A stretch of DNA of 64,000 nt, taken from a virus. A program made the position numbers and the translations under genes. The notes below the pieces were generated by a model, which was not told the DNA's origin, made no database searches, and was given only the letters and a program-made list of their open reading frames with translations. The first letter of the stretch is position 1; each line of letters begins with the position of its first letter. This document shows, piece after piece, positions 1-10,578 of this stretch. Location of the stretch: the IMG/VR virus record IMGVR_UViG_3300050016_000310; one strand, written 5' to 3'.

Positions 1-835
1 AAATTTCCTCTGCTGCGGTATCGATATAAAAATCGCCGTTGGATCCAACTCCCCCGGTAGGGGCTCCGGTTCCATTCAAAACGGTATTACCATCAACACC
101 GGTCGCGCCTGTGCCGCCAGTCCCACCAACTGCGCCGGTAGGCCCGGTAGCCCCGGCCGCGCCAGTTCCACCCGTGCCACCCGTGCCGCCAACCGCGCCC
201 GTGCCACCCGTGCCGCCAACCGCGCCCGTCGGACCGGTACCGCCCGTTCCACCAACTGCGCCTGTGGGGCCCGTTGAGCCATTTGTGCCGTTTGAACCCG
301 CAGTCCCTGTCTGGCCGGTCCCACCCGTACCTCCGACAGCTCCAGTTGATCCAGTTGAACCGGTAGCCCCGGCCGCGCCGGTCGCCCCCGTCGGACCCGT
401 CACGTTAAAATTGTCGATGACTTCCTGAAATTCGTAATTGCGAACGTAAATGCCGAAGCGATCCGACAGCAGTTGGACGCTGGGGGAGGGTGTGATGGCG
501 AAGCCGTTCTTGGAAGTCGGCGCGCAGATGAAATGGTCGAACCCTTCCGAATACGACAAGTCAGGTGGCGTGGCATTCATCGTCGGATCGTCCAGCACGA
601 TCGTGCAAGAGACGCTGCCGACAGATTGAGAGGAAATGCTCGTTACCACATAACGCGTGATCGTGTCGTTGATGTAAGCGCTGGTGTCGATCGCGAGCAA
701 GTTGCCTTCCGCTACAGAAGTCCCATCAAAGACACCCTCATTATCCGTAACCGTGAAAACGACGGTCCAGGTGATGAAATCCCCAGAGGTGGCGGAGGAG
801 AGATTTATTTTTGCATTAAATAACGGCAATGCCAT
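1..835 (-). CDS. Collagen-like (G-X-T repeat) tail fibre/virion protein, truncated by the window edge
   Basis: Manual translation from ATG at 835 gives [14 protein letters not shown]..., then GPTGATG repeats and [19 protein letters not shown]. The frame stays open to position 2 and is absent from the ORF track. Confidence 0.8.
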   Translation of the reverse strand, partial: MALPLFNAKINLSSATSGDFITWTVVFTVTDNEGVFDGTSVAEGNLLAIDTSAYINDTITRYVVTSISSQSVGSVSCTIVLDDPTMNATPPDLSYSEGFDHFICAPTSKNGFAITPSPSVQLLSDRFGIYVRNYEFQEVIDNFNVTGPTGATGAAGATGSTGSTGAVGGTGGTGQTGTAGSNGTNGSTGPTGAVGGTGGTGPTGAVGGTGGTGAVGGTGGTGGTGAAGATGPTGAVGGTGGTGATGVDGNTVLNGTGAPTGGVGSNGDFYIDTAAEEI

Positions 836-847
836 TTAGCTCTCCCC

Positions 848-2716
848 TTAGAACAAAATGCACGAGGTAATGACCGTGGAAGAGGTCAATCCGGTTTGCT
901 GACATGAGACGGTCCCACTCGCATTCGTGACAGTGATGAGCGTCGAAGCTTGAATCGCTCCCGAAGCGTTGTATTTGGTGTAGATCGGGTACCGGAACAG
1001 GGTAGCGCTCGTGGAGCCCGACAATTCCGGATAGATGAAGACAACCGCAGCAGTTCCCGGACCGCTTCCGAAATAAACCGAGCACTGATTGAGAATGATC
1101 CCCGAGAGATTGCCGAACGTCACGGTAGTCGTCGCGCCCACCGCGAGTACCACCGTCACGGCATTCAGATCTCCCTGGCTCGCGGCGAAGCCCGACAAAA
1201 TAGCCGTCGCGCCACTGCCCAACGAATAGGTGTTGAAGTAGAGTTGGAGGCCACCCCCAGCTCCCGTGGCGCCCGTTGCACCCGTTGAGCCAGATCCCGT
1301 TGGCCCCGTCGCTCCAGTAGAGCCCGTGTTGCCCGTCGGGCTGGTGGCGCCGGTCGGACCTGTCGCCCCGGATCCCGTCGGTCCGGTTGAGCCGGTCGCA
1401 CCCGTATTGCCGGTTGGACTCGTGGCACCCGTCGCACCTGTCGAGCCGGACCCGGTCGCCCCTGTCGCCCCCGCCGCCCCGCCCGAGCCCGTCGGACCTA
1501 CCGCGCCCGTCGGCCCGGTCGAGCCCGTAGTACCCGCTCCAGTTGGTCCAGTACTCCCATCATTTCCGTTAGTGCCGGTCGGGCCCATGGCTCCGGTCGG
1601 TCCGGTCGAGCCGGTTGCGCCTGAGCCGGTTGCGCCGGTTGCGCCTGCCACTCCCGCAAGCCCCGTGGCCCCCGTCGAGCCCGTCTGGCCCGTGGTGCCG
1701 GTCGAGCCCGTCTGGCCCGCAGCTCCTGATCCTGTCGTACCGGTTGCACCACTCGCGCCGGTCGAACCCGTGGCTCCCGTCGGACCCGTCACGGTCGAAG
1801 CTGCACCCGTAGCGCCCGTATTACCTGAGCCGGTAGCTCCCGTGTTTCCGGTTGGTCCCGTCGCGCCCGTATTGCCTGTGGCACTCGTCGAGCCCGTCGG
1901 CCCAGTATTACCCGAGCCCGTAGCCCCCGTTGAACCATTCGTACCTGCTGTGCCCGTGCCGCCGGTCGAGCCCGTGGCACCAGTCTGCCCTGCCCCCGTG
2001 GGCCCCGTCGTTCCGGTATTGCCCGCCGCGCCGCCCGAACCCGTAGGGCCCATTGCACCGGTCGCGCCCGTGTTCCCTGAACCGGTCGGACCGGTCGAGC
2101 CCGTGCTGCCATTCGTGCCATTGGTGCCGGTCGAGCCTGTCGCTCCAGTCTTACCCGTCGCCCCATCAGTTCCGTTCGTCCCCGCCGTACCGGCGAGCCC
2201 CGTAGGGCCAGTTGAACCTGTCGAGCCCGATCCCGTTGGACCTGTACTCCCGGAGGGCCCGGTCGAGCCCGTGCCGCCTGTTCCGCCCGTGTTACCTGAA
2301 CCGGTAATACCCATCGAGCCAGTCGCCCCGGCCGCCCCAGTAGCGCCCATCGAGCCAGTCGGACCTGTCTGGCCTGTCTGTCCTGTCGGAGCGCCCGCCG
2401 GACCGGTTGGACCTGTCGAGCCCGTCTCGCCTGCTCCCGTCGGGCCCGTCGCACCAGAAGGACCTGTTGGGCCGGTCGGTCCATAAAGAGGGCCGGTCGG
2501 ACCGGTGGGGGTCGGCGGAGGGACGGGATGGCCATCGTAAATGATCTGGAAAATGTCGGGGTTGTAGGGAGCGACGATCGCCGCGTTGTACTGGGCTCGG
2601 CTAATCCCGATCGAATCCGCACCATCAACATTCAGCCCCTGCTGAACTCCATTCAGCGTGAGAACAAATGTCTGGGGAAGGTTCGTGAGATTTTGGATCA
2701 GTGCAACATTGGCCAT
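848..2716 (-). CDS. Collagen-like G-X-T repeat fibre protein, 622 aa
   Basis: About 400 aa of [12 protein letters not shown] triplets between short non-repetitive N- and C-terminal domains. Confidence 0.85.
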   Translation of the reverse strand: MANVALIQNLTNLPQTFVLTLNGVQQGLNVDGADSIGISRAQYNAAIVAPYNPDIFQIIYDGHPVPPPTPTGPTGPLYGPTGPTGPSGATGPTGAGETGSTGPTGPAGAPTGQTGQTGPTGSMGATGAAGATGSMGITGSGNTGGTGGTGSTGPSGSTGPTGSGSTGSTGPTGLAGTAGTNGTDGATGKTGATGSTGTNGTNGSTGSTGPTGSGNTGATGAMGPTGSGGAAGNTGTTGPTGAGQTGATGSTGGTGTAGTNGSTGATGSGNTGPTGSTSATGNTGATGPTGNTGATGSGNTGATGAASTVTGPTGATGSTGASGATGTTGSGAAGQTGSTGTTGQTGSTGATGLAGVAGATGATGSGATGSTGPTGAMGPTGTNGNDGSTGPTGAGTTGSTGPTGAVGPTGSGGAAGATGATGSGSTGATGATSPTGNTGATGSTGPTGSGATGPTGATSPTGNTGSTGATGPTGSGSTGATGATGAGGGLQLYFNTYSLGSGATAILSGFAASQGDLNAVTVVLAVGATTTVTFGNLSGIILNQCSVYFGSGPGTAAVVFIYPELSGSTSATLFRYPIYTKYNASGAIQASTLITVTNASGTVSCQQTGLTSSTVITSCILF

Positions 2717-2727
2717 CGAATCCCCCG

Positions 2728-3093
2728 TTACGGCGCGGTGTAGGCGAGAATTTGTTTCGACGTCAGCGCAGGGGTGGTCTCATCCTGGTTGACCTGAATG
2801 ATGTTCCGGGCCACCAGGGTAATCAGCCGATTCAAAAAGCTGACATCGCCCCCACCCGTGGCGTTCTCGATGAGCACTTGAAACTCCGTGTCCTCCAACG
2901 AGATGCTTTCGTTGAGTCGGAGCTGAAGCTGAAAACCGCTGCCATTTCGCAGGGGGTTGCCCAGTGGATTGGAAGTATCGCGGGGGATTAGGACATTGCG
3001 GACCGGCCCCAATTGTAAAACGAAGTTGTGATCCGCCACACTGATGATCGGATCCGAAGCGAGCGCCGCAGCAGTGAAAGAGATATTGATCAC
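2728..3093 (-). CDS. Hypothetical, probably small virion protein
   Basis: GTG start with upstream AGAGGA; co-oriented with the fibre genes. Confidence 0.6.
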   Translation of the reverse strand: MINISFTAAALASDPIISVADHNFVLQLGPVRNVLIPRDTSNPLGNPLRNGSGFQLQLRLNESISLEDTEFQVLIENATGGGDVSFLNRLITLVARNIIQVNQDETTPALTSKQILAYTAP

Positions 3094-3181
3094 GTCTATG
3101 TCCTCTCTTTAAAAAGATAACCTCCATTCCAGGGGATCTGATGCCCCTCAGCTCGGCAGAAAATCAGAGTATTTTTACTTC

Positions 3182-4147
3182 ATGGCAACCATGCGGGGCC
3201 CCAACCCTCTACGCAATGTGCGGCAAGCAGTTCCTGACCGCACAGAAGCACCCAGCCGCACCGCCGTCCTCGAAGATCAGGTCCATCAACAAATGGTCGA
3301 TCAGTTCCTTCCCCAAGTCGCAGAAGAGAGCGAACAAGCAGCCAAGCCCGCTCGCGTCGCTTTCCTCTATTACAGGAAGAAGCGCACAGGCCGCCGCTGC
3401 TCCTGCTACCACGTCGAGACGACCCCCGAAGGCCAATGCCAGATCTGCTACGGGGGCGGCTTCGTGGGTGGTTGGGACCTCCACGGCTGCCGCACGGAAT
3501 GGATCGACGTGACCCATGAGAACCTCCGGCTCGTCAATTGCCGGGCCGACTTCAACGCCGGTACTCGACCGATCTACTTTACCATCGATAGTGGGGAGAC
3601 CTCGGCCTTCATTGAGACTGACATCAACGTCCTGCGAAACATCCAGCGCCTGGAGGGCTTCCAGCTCGGCGTCGGCAACCGCCAGAAGAACTCTTCCATC
3701 CAGGCATTCGTCCAGGCGGAGGGCGACCTCGCCCCCGTCCCCTTCACCGAAGCGGCCCTCAATGCGCGCCTGGGGAACTTGAGCCTGAAGATTCGCATCG
3801 AGCTGAAACGGAACAACACTTCAATCGAATCGCCACGCCTCAGCCACCTAATGATTCGCTACCGGCTGATCCCTGAGATCAAGATGTTCGGCGACATGAA
3901 CCTGGGTGACAGCTCGTTTGAATTGGGAGATTTGGGTTTTACCGACACCTTCACGACCTTGAGTCTCTTCCTGCCAAAGAGCTTCGACTACGTGAGCAAC
4001 GAGGATTTCATGGTCAGGCTTTCCGACCAGAAGCGGTTCAAGGTGACGAAGTTCACCCGCAACGCCGTCTCCGGGATCCTCCTCAGCCATTTGGTCCTGG
4101 CCCGCCTGCTGGTCCCGGGGACGGATCTGCTGAACAGTTTTCCTTGA
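3182..4147 (+). CDS. Hypothetical virion (neck/head-completion-like) protein with Cys cluster
   Basis: 321-aa ORF with RRCSC...CQICYGGG motif; structural role is inferred. Confidence 0.45.
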   Translation: MATMRGPNPLRNVRQAVPDRTEAPSRTAVLEDQVHQQMVDQFLPQVAEESEQAAKPARVAFLYYRKKRTGRRCSCYHVETTPEGQCQICYGGGFVGGWDLHGCRTEWIDVTHENLRLVNCRADFNAGTRPIYFTIDSGETSAFIETDINVLRNIQRLEGFQLGVGNRQKNSSIQAFVQAEGDLAPVPFTEAALNARLGNLSLKIRIELKRNNTSIESPRLSHLMIRYRLIPEIKMFGDMNLGDSSFELGDLGFTDTFTTLSLFLPKSFDYVSNEDFMVRLSDQKRFKVTKFTRNAVSGILLSHLVLARLLVPGTDLLNSFP

Positions 4148-4631
4148 TGTGAAATGACTTCCGGCGTCCAAACTCTGAAATTAGAACCGCATCGACAATG
4201 CCGTCATGAGGGTTTTTATGTTTGGGCGTCAGTCTAAAATCCACCCCTGGAAAAAGCCGAGCAATGGCGATAGCTGATTTTGCTTTGGCTTTCAGGTTGG
4301 AGTCGATGCCCTGGTGCATCTCCTTTCCCCACTTGGCGGCTTCAATAAAGGTAATCGGATATTTTTGCTGCCAAATCATCTGCTCCAGCATCCCGAGCAT
4401 CCGACCAAAGGTCATGGCGGAGGAGCCGGTCATCGCATAAGGCGTGATTCGCTCAAAGAAAATATGGAAGGAGCCTAAAGCAGCCCACTCCGTAAAGAGA
4501 TTTGAAGTCGCCTGCTTGTCCAGATCCTTAGCTGCATCGATCGGCATCACCCGTTTGTCAATAATGCCGCCCGTGGGATTGAGCAGGACCAACGCGCCGC
4601 TCTGTCCCGGATCGATTCCAAGAATGTTCAT
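4083..4631 (-). CDS. ruvC: RuvC-like Holliday junction resolvase
   Basis: ILGIDPG, FFER, FGRMLG and HDGIVDAVLI motifs supply the acidic catalytic residues. Confidence 0.85.
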   Translation of the reverse strand: MNILGIDPGQSGALVLLNPTGGIIDKRVMPIDAAKDLDKQATSNLFTEWAALGSFHIFFERITPYAMTGSSAMTFGRMLGMLEQMIWQQKYPITFIEAAKWGKEMHQGIDSNLKAKAKSAIAIARLFPGVDFRLTPKHKNPHDGIVDAVLISEFGRRKSFHIKENCSADPSPGPAGGPGPNG

Positions 4632-4656
4632 TCTCTATCTTTACCGAAAGTCCCCA

Positions 4657-5097
4657 TCAATCCAAACGGGACTTGAGCAGACCAGATTCCTGATGTTTCT
4701 TCAGGGTTTTCATCATGAACTTATGTTTCTTGCTGCGTTGCCGGATCTCGTCATTCCAGCTCTTTTTGTACGCCGCCACATCTTCCTTGGCCTGAACGTG
4801 GTCCTTGCTCATATGATTGAGCTTCGCCAGGGCCAGCGCTTCTGAGGCTTCTGTTTCGATCTTCTGAGCCTCGACGACCTCTTCTTCCTTGTCCCGGGCC
4901 TCGTCGTACTTGTCCAGGCTCCGCTTGAGATCCTCCAGCTTGCCATCTTCCTTGAGCTGCTTCTTCGAAAGATCCAAGTCGTTTTGCTCGCGGACCGCTT
5001 CGATCGCCAGATCCTCCGGCCTCATCTTGTTAATCTGATCGATGAATCCTTGGGGCAATGCCCCCTTCTTCGGCTTCTTAAACTTTCCCTTTGCCAC
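4657..5097 (-). CDS. Hypothetical coiled-coil protein
   Basis: 146-aa charged helical ORF in a minus-strand operon. Confidence 0.65.
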   Translation of the reverse strand: MAKGKFKKPKKGALPQGFIDQINKMRPEDLAIEAVREQNDLDLSKKQLKEDGKLEDLKRSLDKYDEARDKEEEVVEAQKIETEASEALALAKLNHMSKDHVQAKEDVAAYKKSWNDEIRQRSKKHKFMMKTLKKHQESGLLKSRLD

Positions 5098-5198
5098 GCA
5101 CGTACCCCTTCACGCTCTCTCCAATTGAAATTAATTAGGAGAGAAATTTATGAAGGAGAATTGGAAGGCTGTCAATCGGTTGATTTAACGCAATCAGT

Positions 5199-7748
5199 CT
5201 ACTTGGCCTTATTGTTTTTCAACGATTCGATCTGCTTACCTAACTCCTCGATCCTTTTCTTGTCCGCTGGAGTCAATTCCGATTCATGTTTATCTTCGAG
5301 TTTAGCCATCTCATCTTCCAAAGAGACAAGCTCTCCGGAAGCGGCTTCCAAGATTTCCAGCGCGGCTTTCGTGCGCAGGACCTTCTTCAGACCCTGGTAC
5401 TTCACGAAGTGCTCGGGAGAGGCTTTGGTCTTCTTGCCCTTCCCCTTGCCTGCCTTCGTCCGTTTGCCCTTGCCCTTCTTGGCGCGAGCTTCGACGACCG
5501 CAAGAGCCGCCGCGATGCCGGGATACTGCGCGGCATTCACATCGAGATGCGTGACCATCTCTTTGACCTTGCCGCCGGTCATGGGAGGCAGCAAATCTTC
5601 GCCCCCCTCATCAACACCTTCTTCCGCGCCTTCGCCTTCTTCCGAGCCGCCTTCGCCCATGAAGGGCTCGACCGCCATCAGGATCTCTTCCGCCCACTCA
5701 CGGTCCTGCTCCTTGGCGCCGTCGTCCAGCTGGTCATAGGGGACCATCCGGGGCTCCCACTCAGTCTTCAGCTCCTCGCTGACTTCGCCCTTTACCGATT
5801 CGGCAAACTCCAGCCATTGCTCATGGGCCACGGCAGCCAGGGCTTCAACCATTGCGTCTCGTTGTTCTTTTTCCATAGATTCCTCTGCTGCCTGAACCGA
5901 GTTGTTGACCCTCGGGCTGTGGTTGACGAAAATATATTCGAAGCCGTCCTTCTCCGCCTGCTCGATTGCGTCTTCGATGTCGCGCTCTTCCGGATCCTCA
6001 AGGTGAATCCCGATCATGCCTCTGTGCGAGGGATGCGTCTCCTGCACGATCTTGATGACGTTGCCGTCACCCAAATCCACTTCCCGGATCGGCTTGGGTG
6101 GATTGAGCGCCATCTTCTGCGCCATCGGTTCGACCCCCAGCTTTTCGTACATCTGCTGGGGGGAATCATCCTCATCAAACGGGCTCGCCGCTTCCACCGT
6201 CGGATAGCTTCGTTCCGCGCTGGATTTGGAGCCGTAGAGGCTGTGCAGCTTCTCCTTGGCGTTCTCCAGCTTCTTCTTGTCCTCGGCGCTGAGATTTCCC
6301 CCGGCCCGATTGATATAGAAATTCAACCGAGACATCGCCTGCTTCAGATCCTTCGCCCCACGCTTCAAACCTTCCGCGATCTTCTCAGCCGACTGCTTAA
6401 AGAAGCCTTCTTTGGGGTGCCATTCGGGTGAAACATTATGCGACCACTTCTTGGCCGTAACGGCTCCCTTGGCAGGGCCGTCGCCCTTCTCCACCACCCC
6501 GGCGGGCGGATTGTGGCCGGTGACTTCGATTACATCACCATCCTTGCTGACGATGTAGCCACCAAAGAGGTTGTTGTCTTTCTTCCACTTCCAGTTGCCC
6601 TGGCCGAAAAGGCGGTCCGCTTCCCGCTCGGCTTCGCCCTTGGGATCGCCTGAGATGTACTTCATCCAAGGCTTGCCCATGGCGGACGATTCGTCGTCAT
6701 GGATCAGAAGCCGGTCCCAAACTTCTTTGTTGCCCGCCGCCACCCGCATGTAGCCCGGAGGGAATTTTTCCTTGGCCGCAGACTGCGCCACTTCAGCTTC
6801 CTCGAAAGCTTTGACCAACGAGTAGGATTGGAGAGACGCCAACGCCTCTGGATTGGGTGGGAGCGCGGGCGGAGGCGTGTCCTTCGTTTCCTGCAATCCC
6901 CCCGTCTCGTCCAACTCCTTGCCCAACTCCACCAGAACTTCCTGAGGCACTTCGTTCGTAGAAGGCCCATGGTGGTCCTTCGCCAGTTGAATGTAATAGG
7001 CGTCCGTCTTGGGTTCCGCAGCCGACTGGGCCTTATCCGGATCCATCGAGGTACCGTCCAGGCAAGCGTCTCGGCCATCGTCGTAATTCTTGCAGCCCGC
7101 GCCGGGGCCATTGACGGGGGCTGGGGCGGCTCCGGCCGCCTCATTCCCGCGCTCCTTCGGTTCGCTATCGACAGAAAGAATCGAGCCGGGCCCACCAAAC
7201 TTCTCGACCATCTCCTTGACGGCCTGGATATCCTTCGGATCTTGGATGTCCACCCAGAACTCAATGACACCTGCCTTCCGCTCATCCGCAGCCGCCCCGC
7301 ATTCAAACTTGCCTTCCATCTCGGCGGCCAGCTCTTCCGCGTTAATCAGAGAATCTTCCCCACCGGGATCTTTGACTTCGAGGTGCATGGCCCAGTCTCG
7401 GATTGATAGGGTGTCGTCACCGCCCGTGCTCACAGTAGGTCCCTTGGCGGGCTCGGGGCTCTTGTTAGTCCAGTGCTGTCCATAAAAATGAGTCACCTCA
7501 TAGGGGGGCTTCGAATCGTAATGGGTTTCCTCGATCCACTTCGTAAGACCTGCGACATCCAAATCTTTTAGATTGGTGTCTTGAATGTAGACATACTCGT
7601 GGCCGTTGATCGATCCGATCACGTCGCCTTGCTTCTCCACGAATTCAATCTTGCCCTCGGGGCTATCAATCGTTTCCTTGCCACCCACGGCGGGACCGGA
7701 AGCGGTCGTTTTTTTAAGCTCTCTCCAGGCTGCTTGAAGTGAGGACAT
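5199..7748 (-). CDS. Large acidic mosaic protein with DUF3175-like and RyR-like domains; probable internal head protein
   Basis: KKWS...AMSRLNFYINRAGGNL...AKEKLHSLYG resembles DUF3175; AHEQW...VPYDQLDDGAKEQDR resembles the RyR domain; lies directly downstream of the putative protease. Confidence 0.6.
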   Translation of the reverse strand: MSSLQAAWRELKKTTASGPAVGGKETIDSPEGKIEFVEKQGDVIGSINGHEYVYIQDTNLKDLDVAGLTKWIEETHYDSKPPYEVTHFYGQHWTNKSPEPAKGPTVSTGGDDTLSIRDWAMHLEVKDPGGEDSLINAEELAAEMEGKFECGAAADERKAGVIEFWVDIQDPKDIQAVKEMVEKFGGPGSILSVDSEPKERGNEAAGAAPAPVNGPGAGCKNYDDGRDACLDGTSMDPDKAQSAAEPKTDAYYIQLAKDHHGPSTNEVPQEVLVELGKELDETGGLQETKDTPPPALPPNPEALASLQSYSLVKAFEEAEVAQSAAKEKFPPGYMRVAAGNKEVWDRLLIHDDESSAMGKPWMKYISGDPKGEAEREADRLFGQGNWKWKKDNNLFGGYIVSKDGDVIEVTGHNPPAGVVEKGDGPAKGAVTAKKWSHNVSPEWHPKEGFFKQSAEKIAEGLKRGAKDLKQAMSRLNFYINRAGGNLSAEDKKKLENAKEKLHSLYGSKSSAERSYPTVEAASPFDEDDSPQQMYEKLGVEPMAQKMALNPPKPIREVDLGDGNVIKIVQETHPSHRGMIGIHLEDPEERDIEDAIEQAEKDGFEYIFVNHSPRVNNSVQAAEESMEKEQRDAMVEALAAVAHEQWLEFAESVKGEVSEELKTEWEPRMVPYDQLDDGAKEQDREWAEEILMAVEPFMGEGGSEEGEGAEEGVDEGGEDLLPPMTGGKVKEMVTHLDVNAAQYPGIAAALAVVEARAKKGKGKRTKAGKGKGKKTKASPEHFVKYQGLKKVLRTKAALEILEAASGELVSLEDEMAKLEDKHESELTPADKKRIEELGKQIESLKNNKAK

Positions 7749-7760
7749 GAAGCTCTCCCT

Positions 7761-8534
7761 TTACTTGAAAATGACGTCACTGACAGCTGTATGATCAGCC
7801 GGGGGTGCGCCCGGATCCCCTCGGCCAAAATCACCCAGGCAACTGGTCTCGAAATAAGTCGCGCCGACGCACGCCAGGTACCGCAGCCGCCGGGAAGTCT
7901 TCTCGATCTGTCCCCGATTCCGCTTATACTCCGGATCCGCCAGGCCCACGTAGCGGCCGGACAACGTGTCCAGGAACGTCTCGACCATCGCGCCCATCGA
8001 GTAGCCGGTCACACCGACGTTCTTCTCGATCGCGCTGGTGAGCCCCGGGTCCTTCACTTTGTCGAAGCCGAGCAGGACGTTGATCTTGTACAGGCCGTTC
8101 TTGCCGTATCCCGGCATGAAGTCGAGCGTGCTGTCAAAATGCACACCCTTCGCCAGATGCGGGACCGTGTTGTTCTTGTGATTCGTGTAAGTGGGCTTGC
8201 CGACGAAGGTCTTGTAGACCGGCCTGCCCTGGTGGACGTCCCACGAACTGACCTCCAGAAACGGGAAAGCCTGAAGGTTCCGGTTCGGAACATCGCACGT
8301 GATGATTGGAACAGAGACGAAAAGGTAATCCTCGATGTTGGCAGAAATCTTGTAGGTATCGGCGCACATCGGCAGCCAGGAGTAGTCGATTTCTTGGAAG
8401 GTTTTGGCTGACTCGTCCGAGGCCCGGACGATGAAACTCGTACCCCGGCGCGGAACATCGTCCAACCGGACCAGGCTACTTTCCTGGGCCGTAACGACCG
8501 TGCCAAATACAGGAGTTTTTTCAGGGGATCTCAC
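7761..8534 (-). CDS. Putative prohead/capsid maturation protease
   Basis: PNRNLQAF, FVGKPTYTNH, AKG and GYSMGA motifs recall large-phage prohead proteases; recognised by eye only. Confidence 0.5.
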   Translation of the reverse strand: MRSPEKTPVFGTVVTAQESSLVRLDDVPRRGTSFIVRASDESAKTFQEIDYSWLPMCADTYKISANIEDYLFVSVPIITCDVPNRNLQAFPFLEVSSWDVHQGRPVYKTFVGKPTYTNHKNNTVPHLAKGVHFDSTLDFMPGYGKNGLYKINVLLGFDKVKDPGLTSAIEKNVGVTGYSMGAMVETFLDTLSGRYVGLADPEYKRNRGQIEKTSRRLRYLACVGATYFETSCLGDFGRGDPGAPPADHTAVSDVIFK

Positions 8535-8595
8535 TCTTCAAAAATAACCCTGTCGCTTCGGGAACTTATGTTGACTGAAAAGGTATCCTATTTTC

Positions 8596-8625
8596 TTTAC
8601 TTTGGGAGCTAATTCTACTTATAAT
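8596..8625 (+). promoter_or_regulatory. Sigma70-like promoter
   Basis: TTTACT-N18-TATAAT just upstream of the ATG at 8632. Confidence 0.55.
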
Positions 8626-8631
8626 GGACGT

Positions 8632-8856
8632 ATGGCGACTTCCTTCAACCGCTTGGATCAAAACAGCCTAGACTCGATGGGCCGCACGTATTGGCACCGC
8701 ACCCGCTACGAAGGGCACAGCCATCACAGTACCTGCGACTACATCGAAGACCTCGGCTATACTGAAGCACAGGTTTGCCGGATCGTCCGCTGGGCTCAGA
8801 TCCAGAGCCCTTCCTGGGAACAGGAAGAACGTGCTACCCCCAGGAGAGCCTCATGA
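8632..8856 (+). CDS. Hypothetical protein
   Basis: ATG follows the promoter; stop overlaps the next start. Confidence 0.55.
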   Translation: MATSFNRLDQNSLDSMGRTYWHRTRYEGHSHHSTCDYIEDLGYTEAQVCRIVRWAQIQSPSWEQEERATPRRAS

Positions 8857-9167
8857 ACGAACTCCAACGCGAACTTGCCCAATGCCTCCAGTATTACGGC
8901 CCGATGACGGCCGAGCAGATCATCGAAAAGATGAACCTGCGGCCCCGGGAGCCGATCGCGTGCGCCAAGATCCGGGAGGAGCTGACCAACATGAGCACGC
9001 CGGAAAAGTGTGAGATCTGCGAGGACGGCAGGGTCTATCCCCACCCCGAAAGTCACGTGTCTTACGCCTGCCACCGTTGCGCCAAGGCCAAGGCCGCCTC
9101 GATCCATTTCATTCTCCGCGTTAGCAGGGGCCTCTACTCCTGCAACCGCGCGATCGGTGGGTTGTGA
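8853..9167 (+). CDS. Hypothetical protein with C-terminal CxxC...CxxC zinc ribbon
   Basis: CEIC...CHRC; ATGA coupling with neighbours. Confidence 0.6.
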   Translation: MNELQRELAQCLQYYGPMTAEQIIEKMNLRPREPIACAKIREELTNMSTPEKCEICEDGRVYPHPESHVSYACHRCAKAKAASIHFILRVSRGLYSCNRAIGGL

Positions 9168-10117
9168 TCCAACTCACCGTCCTCTCTTTCGGCGGCGGCC
9201 AAGACTCGACGGCGATCCTCTATCGTTACGTCTACGACCCCGCCTTCCGCGCTGAATACGCGCCGGGAGAATTTTTGGTCGTGATGGCCTCAACCGGCGA
9301 CGAGCACGATTATACTTATAACCATGTCCAGGAGATCAAACGCTTCTGCCTGATCCACAAAATTGAGTTCGTCCACCTGACTTCCGACATGGGCTACCAC
9401 TCGCCCGCGTGGCCCAACATCATCGAGCCCCAACTCCGCGATGAAGGCGGGGAATTCGAACCCACCCTCATCCAACTCGGCACCAAGAGCTGCACGATCA
9501 AAGTGAAGGTGGATCCGATCTACAAGTACCTAGACGCCTGGGTCAACAAGCGCTACGGCTACGGCTTCAAGGTCAATCCCAAGACCGGAGGCTGTGACAA
9601 GAAGCCGATCAAACGGTTCCATCGCGAGAATGGCCAGATCAACGTGCTGATCGGATTCGCCGCAGGGGAAGAGAAGCGGGCCGAGAAATCCCTGCGCCTG
9701 GAGGCCGCGCAAGCCCGCTCCAAGGAAGACTGCTTCTGGAAGGCGGTCCACCGCCGATTCCCCCTGATTGATCTCGGGCTCACCCGCCAAGGCTGCCAGG
9801 CATACATCAAGTCGGTCGGCCACACCGTCCCGCTCCCCTCTAACTGCATGCGCTGCCCCTACATGAGCGCGGAGGAACTCTACTGGCTCTTCCTCAACTC
9901 CCCCGACAAGTTTGAAGAATGGTGCCTGATGGAAGCGCGCAAGCTGGCGCGGCACGTGGGCGCGGAGAAGAACCACGGCGTCTTCAACACCAAGAAGACG
10001 ATCCAGGACAGGTTAGACGCGGTTCAGAAAAAGTACGCCCATCTGGCGCGGCCCGAGCTAGATGCGCTGCTAGGCAACTGGAAAATGAACCACGGCTGCG
10101 GGTCCGGCGGCTACTGA
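9164..10117 (+). CDS. PAPS-reductase-family (PP-loop) protein
   Basis: LSFGGGQDS PP-loop, STGDEH, SNCMRCPY. Confidence 0.8.
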   Translation: MIQLTVLSFGGGQDSTAILYRYVYDPAFRAEYAPGEFLVVMASTGDEHDYTYNHVQEIKRFCLIHKIEFVHLTSDMGYHSPAWPNIIEPQLRDEGGEFEPTLIQLGTKSCTIKVKVDPIYKYLDAWVNKRYGYGFKVNPKTGGCDKKPIKRFHRENGQINVLIGFAAGEEKRAEKSLRLEAAQARSKEDCFWKAVHRRFPLIDLGLTRQGCQAYIKSVGHTVPLPSNCMRCPYMSAEELYWLFLNSPDKFEEWCLMEARKLARHVGAEKNHGVFNTKKTIQDRLDAVQKKYAHLARPELDALLGNWKMNHGCGSGGY

Positions 10118-10539
10118 CGAAACCAAGTACGCGTTTGTTCCGAGAGCATCTTGAAAAAATCCTTCGCCATGGCGTCCAGATCTACACGAGGGGTTCTCGC
10201 AAGTTTGAAGTCCCGTTGGATTTCATTCATTGCCATCGTTCTAAAATTTTTATCCCGATATTGCGCCACGTACTGAATCACTTCTGAGAAAGCTTTCCTC
10301 TTGTCCTTAAATCCTCGAATAGCGTGATCCACCACCAAATAGAGTTCTCGGTAAAGCAAACGGTTCACTTCACGCTGCCAGTGCTCCACCCACTTCGTTT
10401 TTCCAATTTCTTTAGCGATCCGCACCTTGTAATACTCGACCATCGCGCCCGCGAGTTTCTCTTCGATGCGATCCTTAAAGGTTTCCCTGGAGTAAGCCAT
10501 CGAAAGAACAGTGGTGGCGAGAGCGTTTAATTTCTTCAT
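10111..10539 (-). CDS. Hypothetical protein
   Basis: 142-aa ORF with ATG start. Confidence 0.6.
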   Translation of the reverse strand: MKKLNALATTVLSMAYSRETFKDRIEEKLAGAMVEYYKVRIAKEIGKTKWVEHWQREVNRLLYRELYLVVDHAIRGFKDKRKAFSEVIQYVAQYRDKNFRTMAMNEIQRDFKLARTPRVDLDAMAKDFFKMLSEQTRTWFRQ

Positions 10540-10578
10540 CCCCGATAGCTTATATCATAATACTTAAATTGTCAAGTA

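Noticed and set aside
39-2631. Pro/Val-rich plus-strand ORFs (39-428, 1266-2486) and Arg/Ala-rich alternative frames
   Set aside because: Antisense or off-frame shadows of the collagen G-X-T genes
4984-7485. Long plus-strand ORFs opposite the 849-aa gene, and similar shadows such as 19430-20899, 23174-24115, 31048-31926 and 53702-54493
   Set aside because: GC-rich antisense shadows of motif-bearing genes
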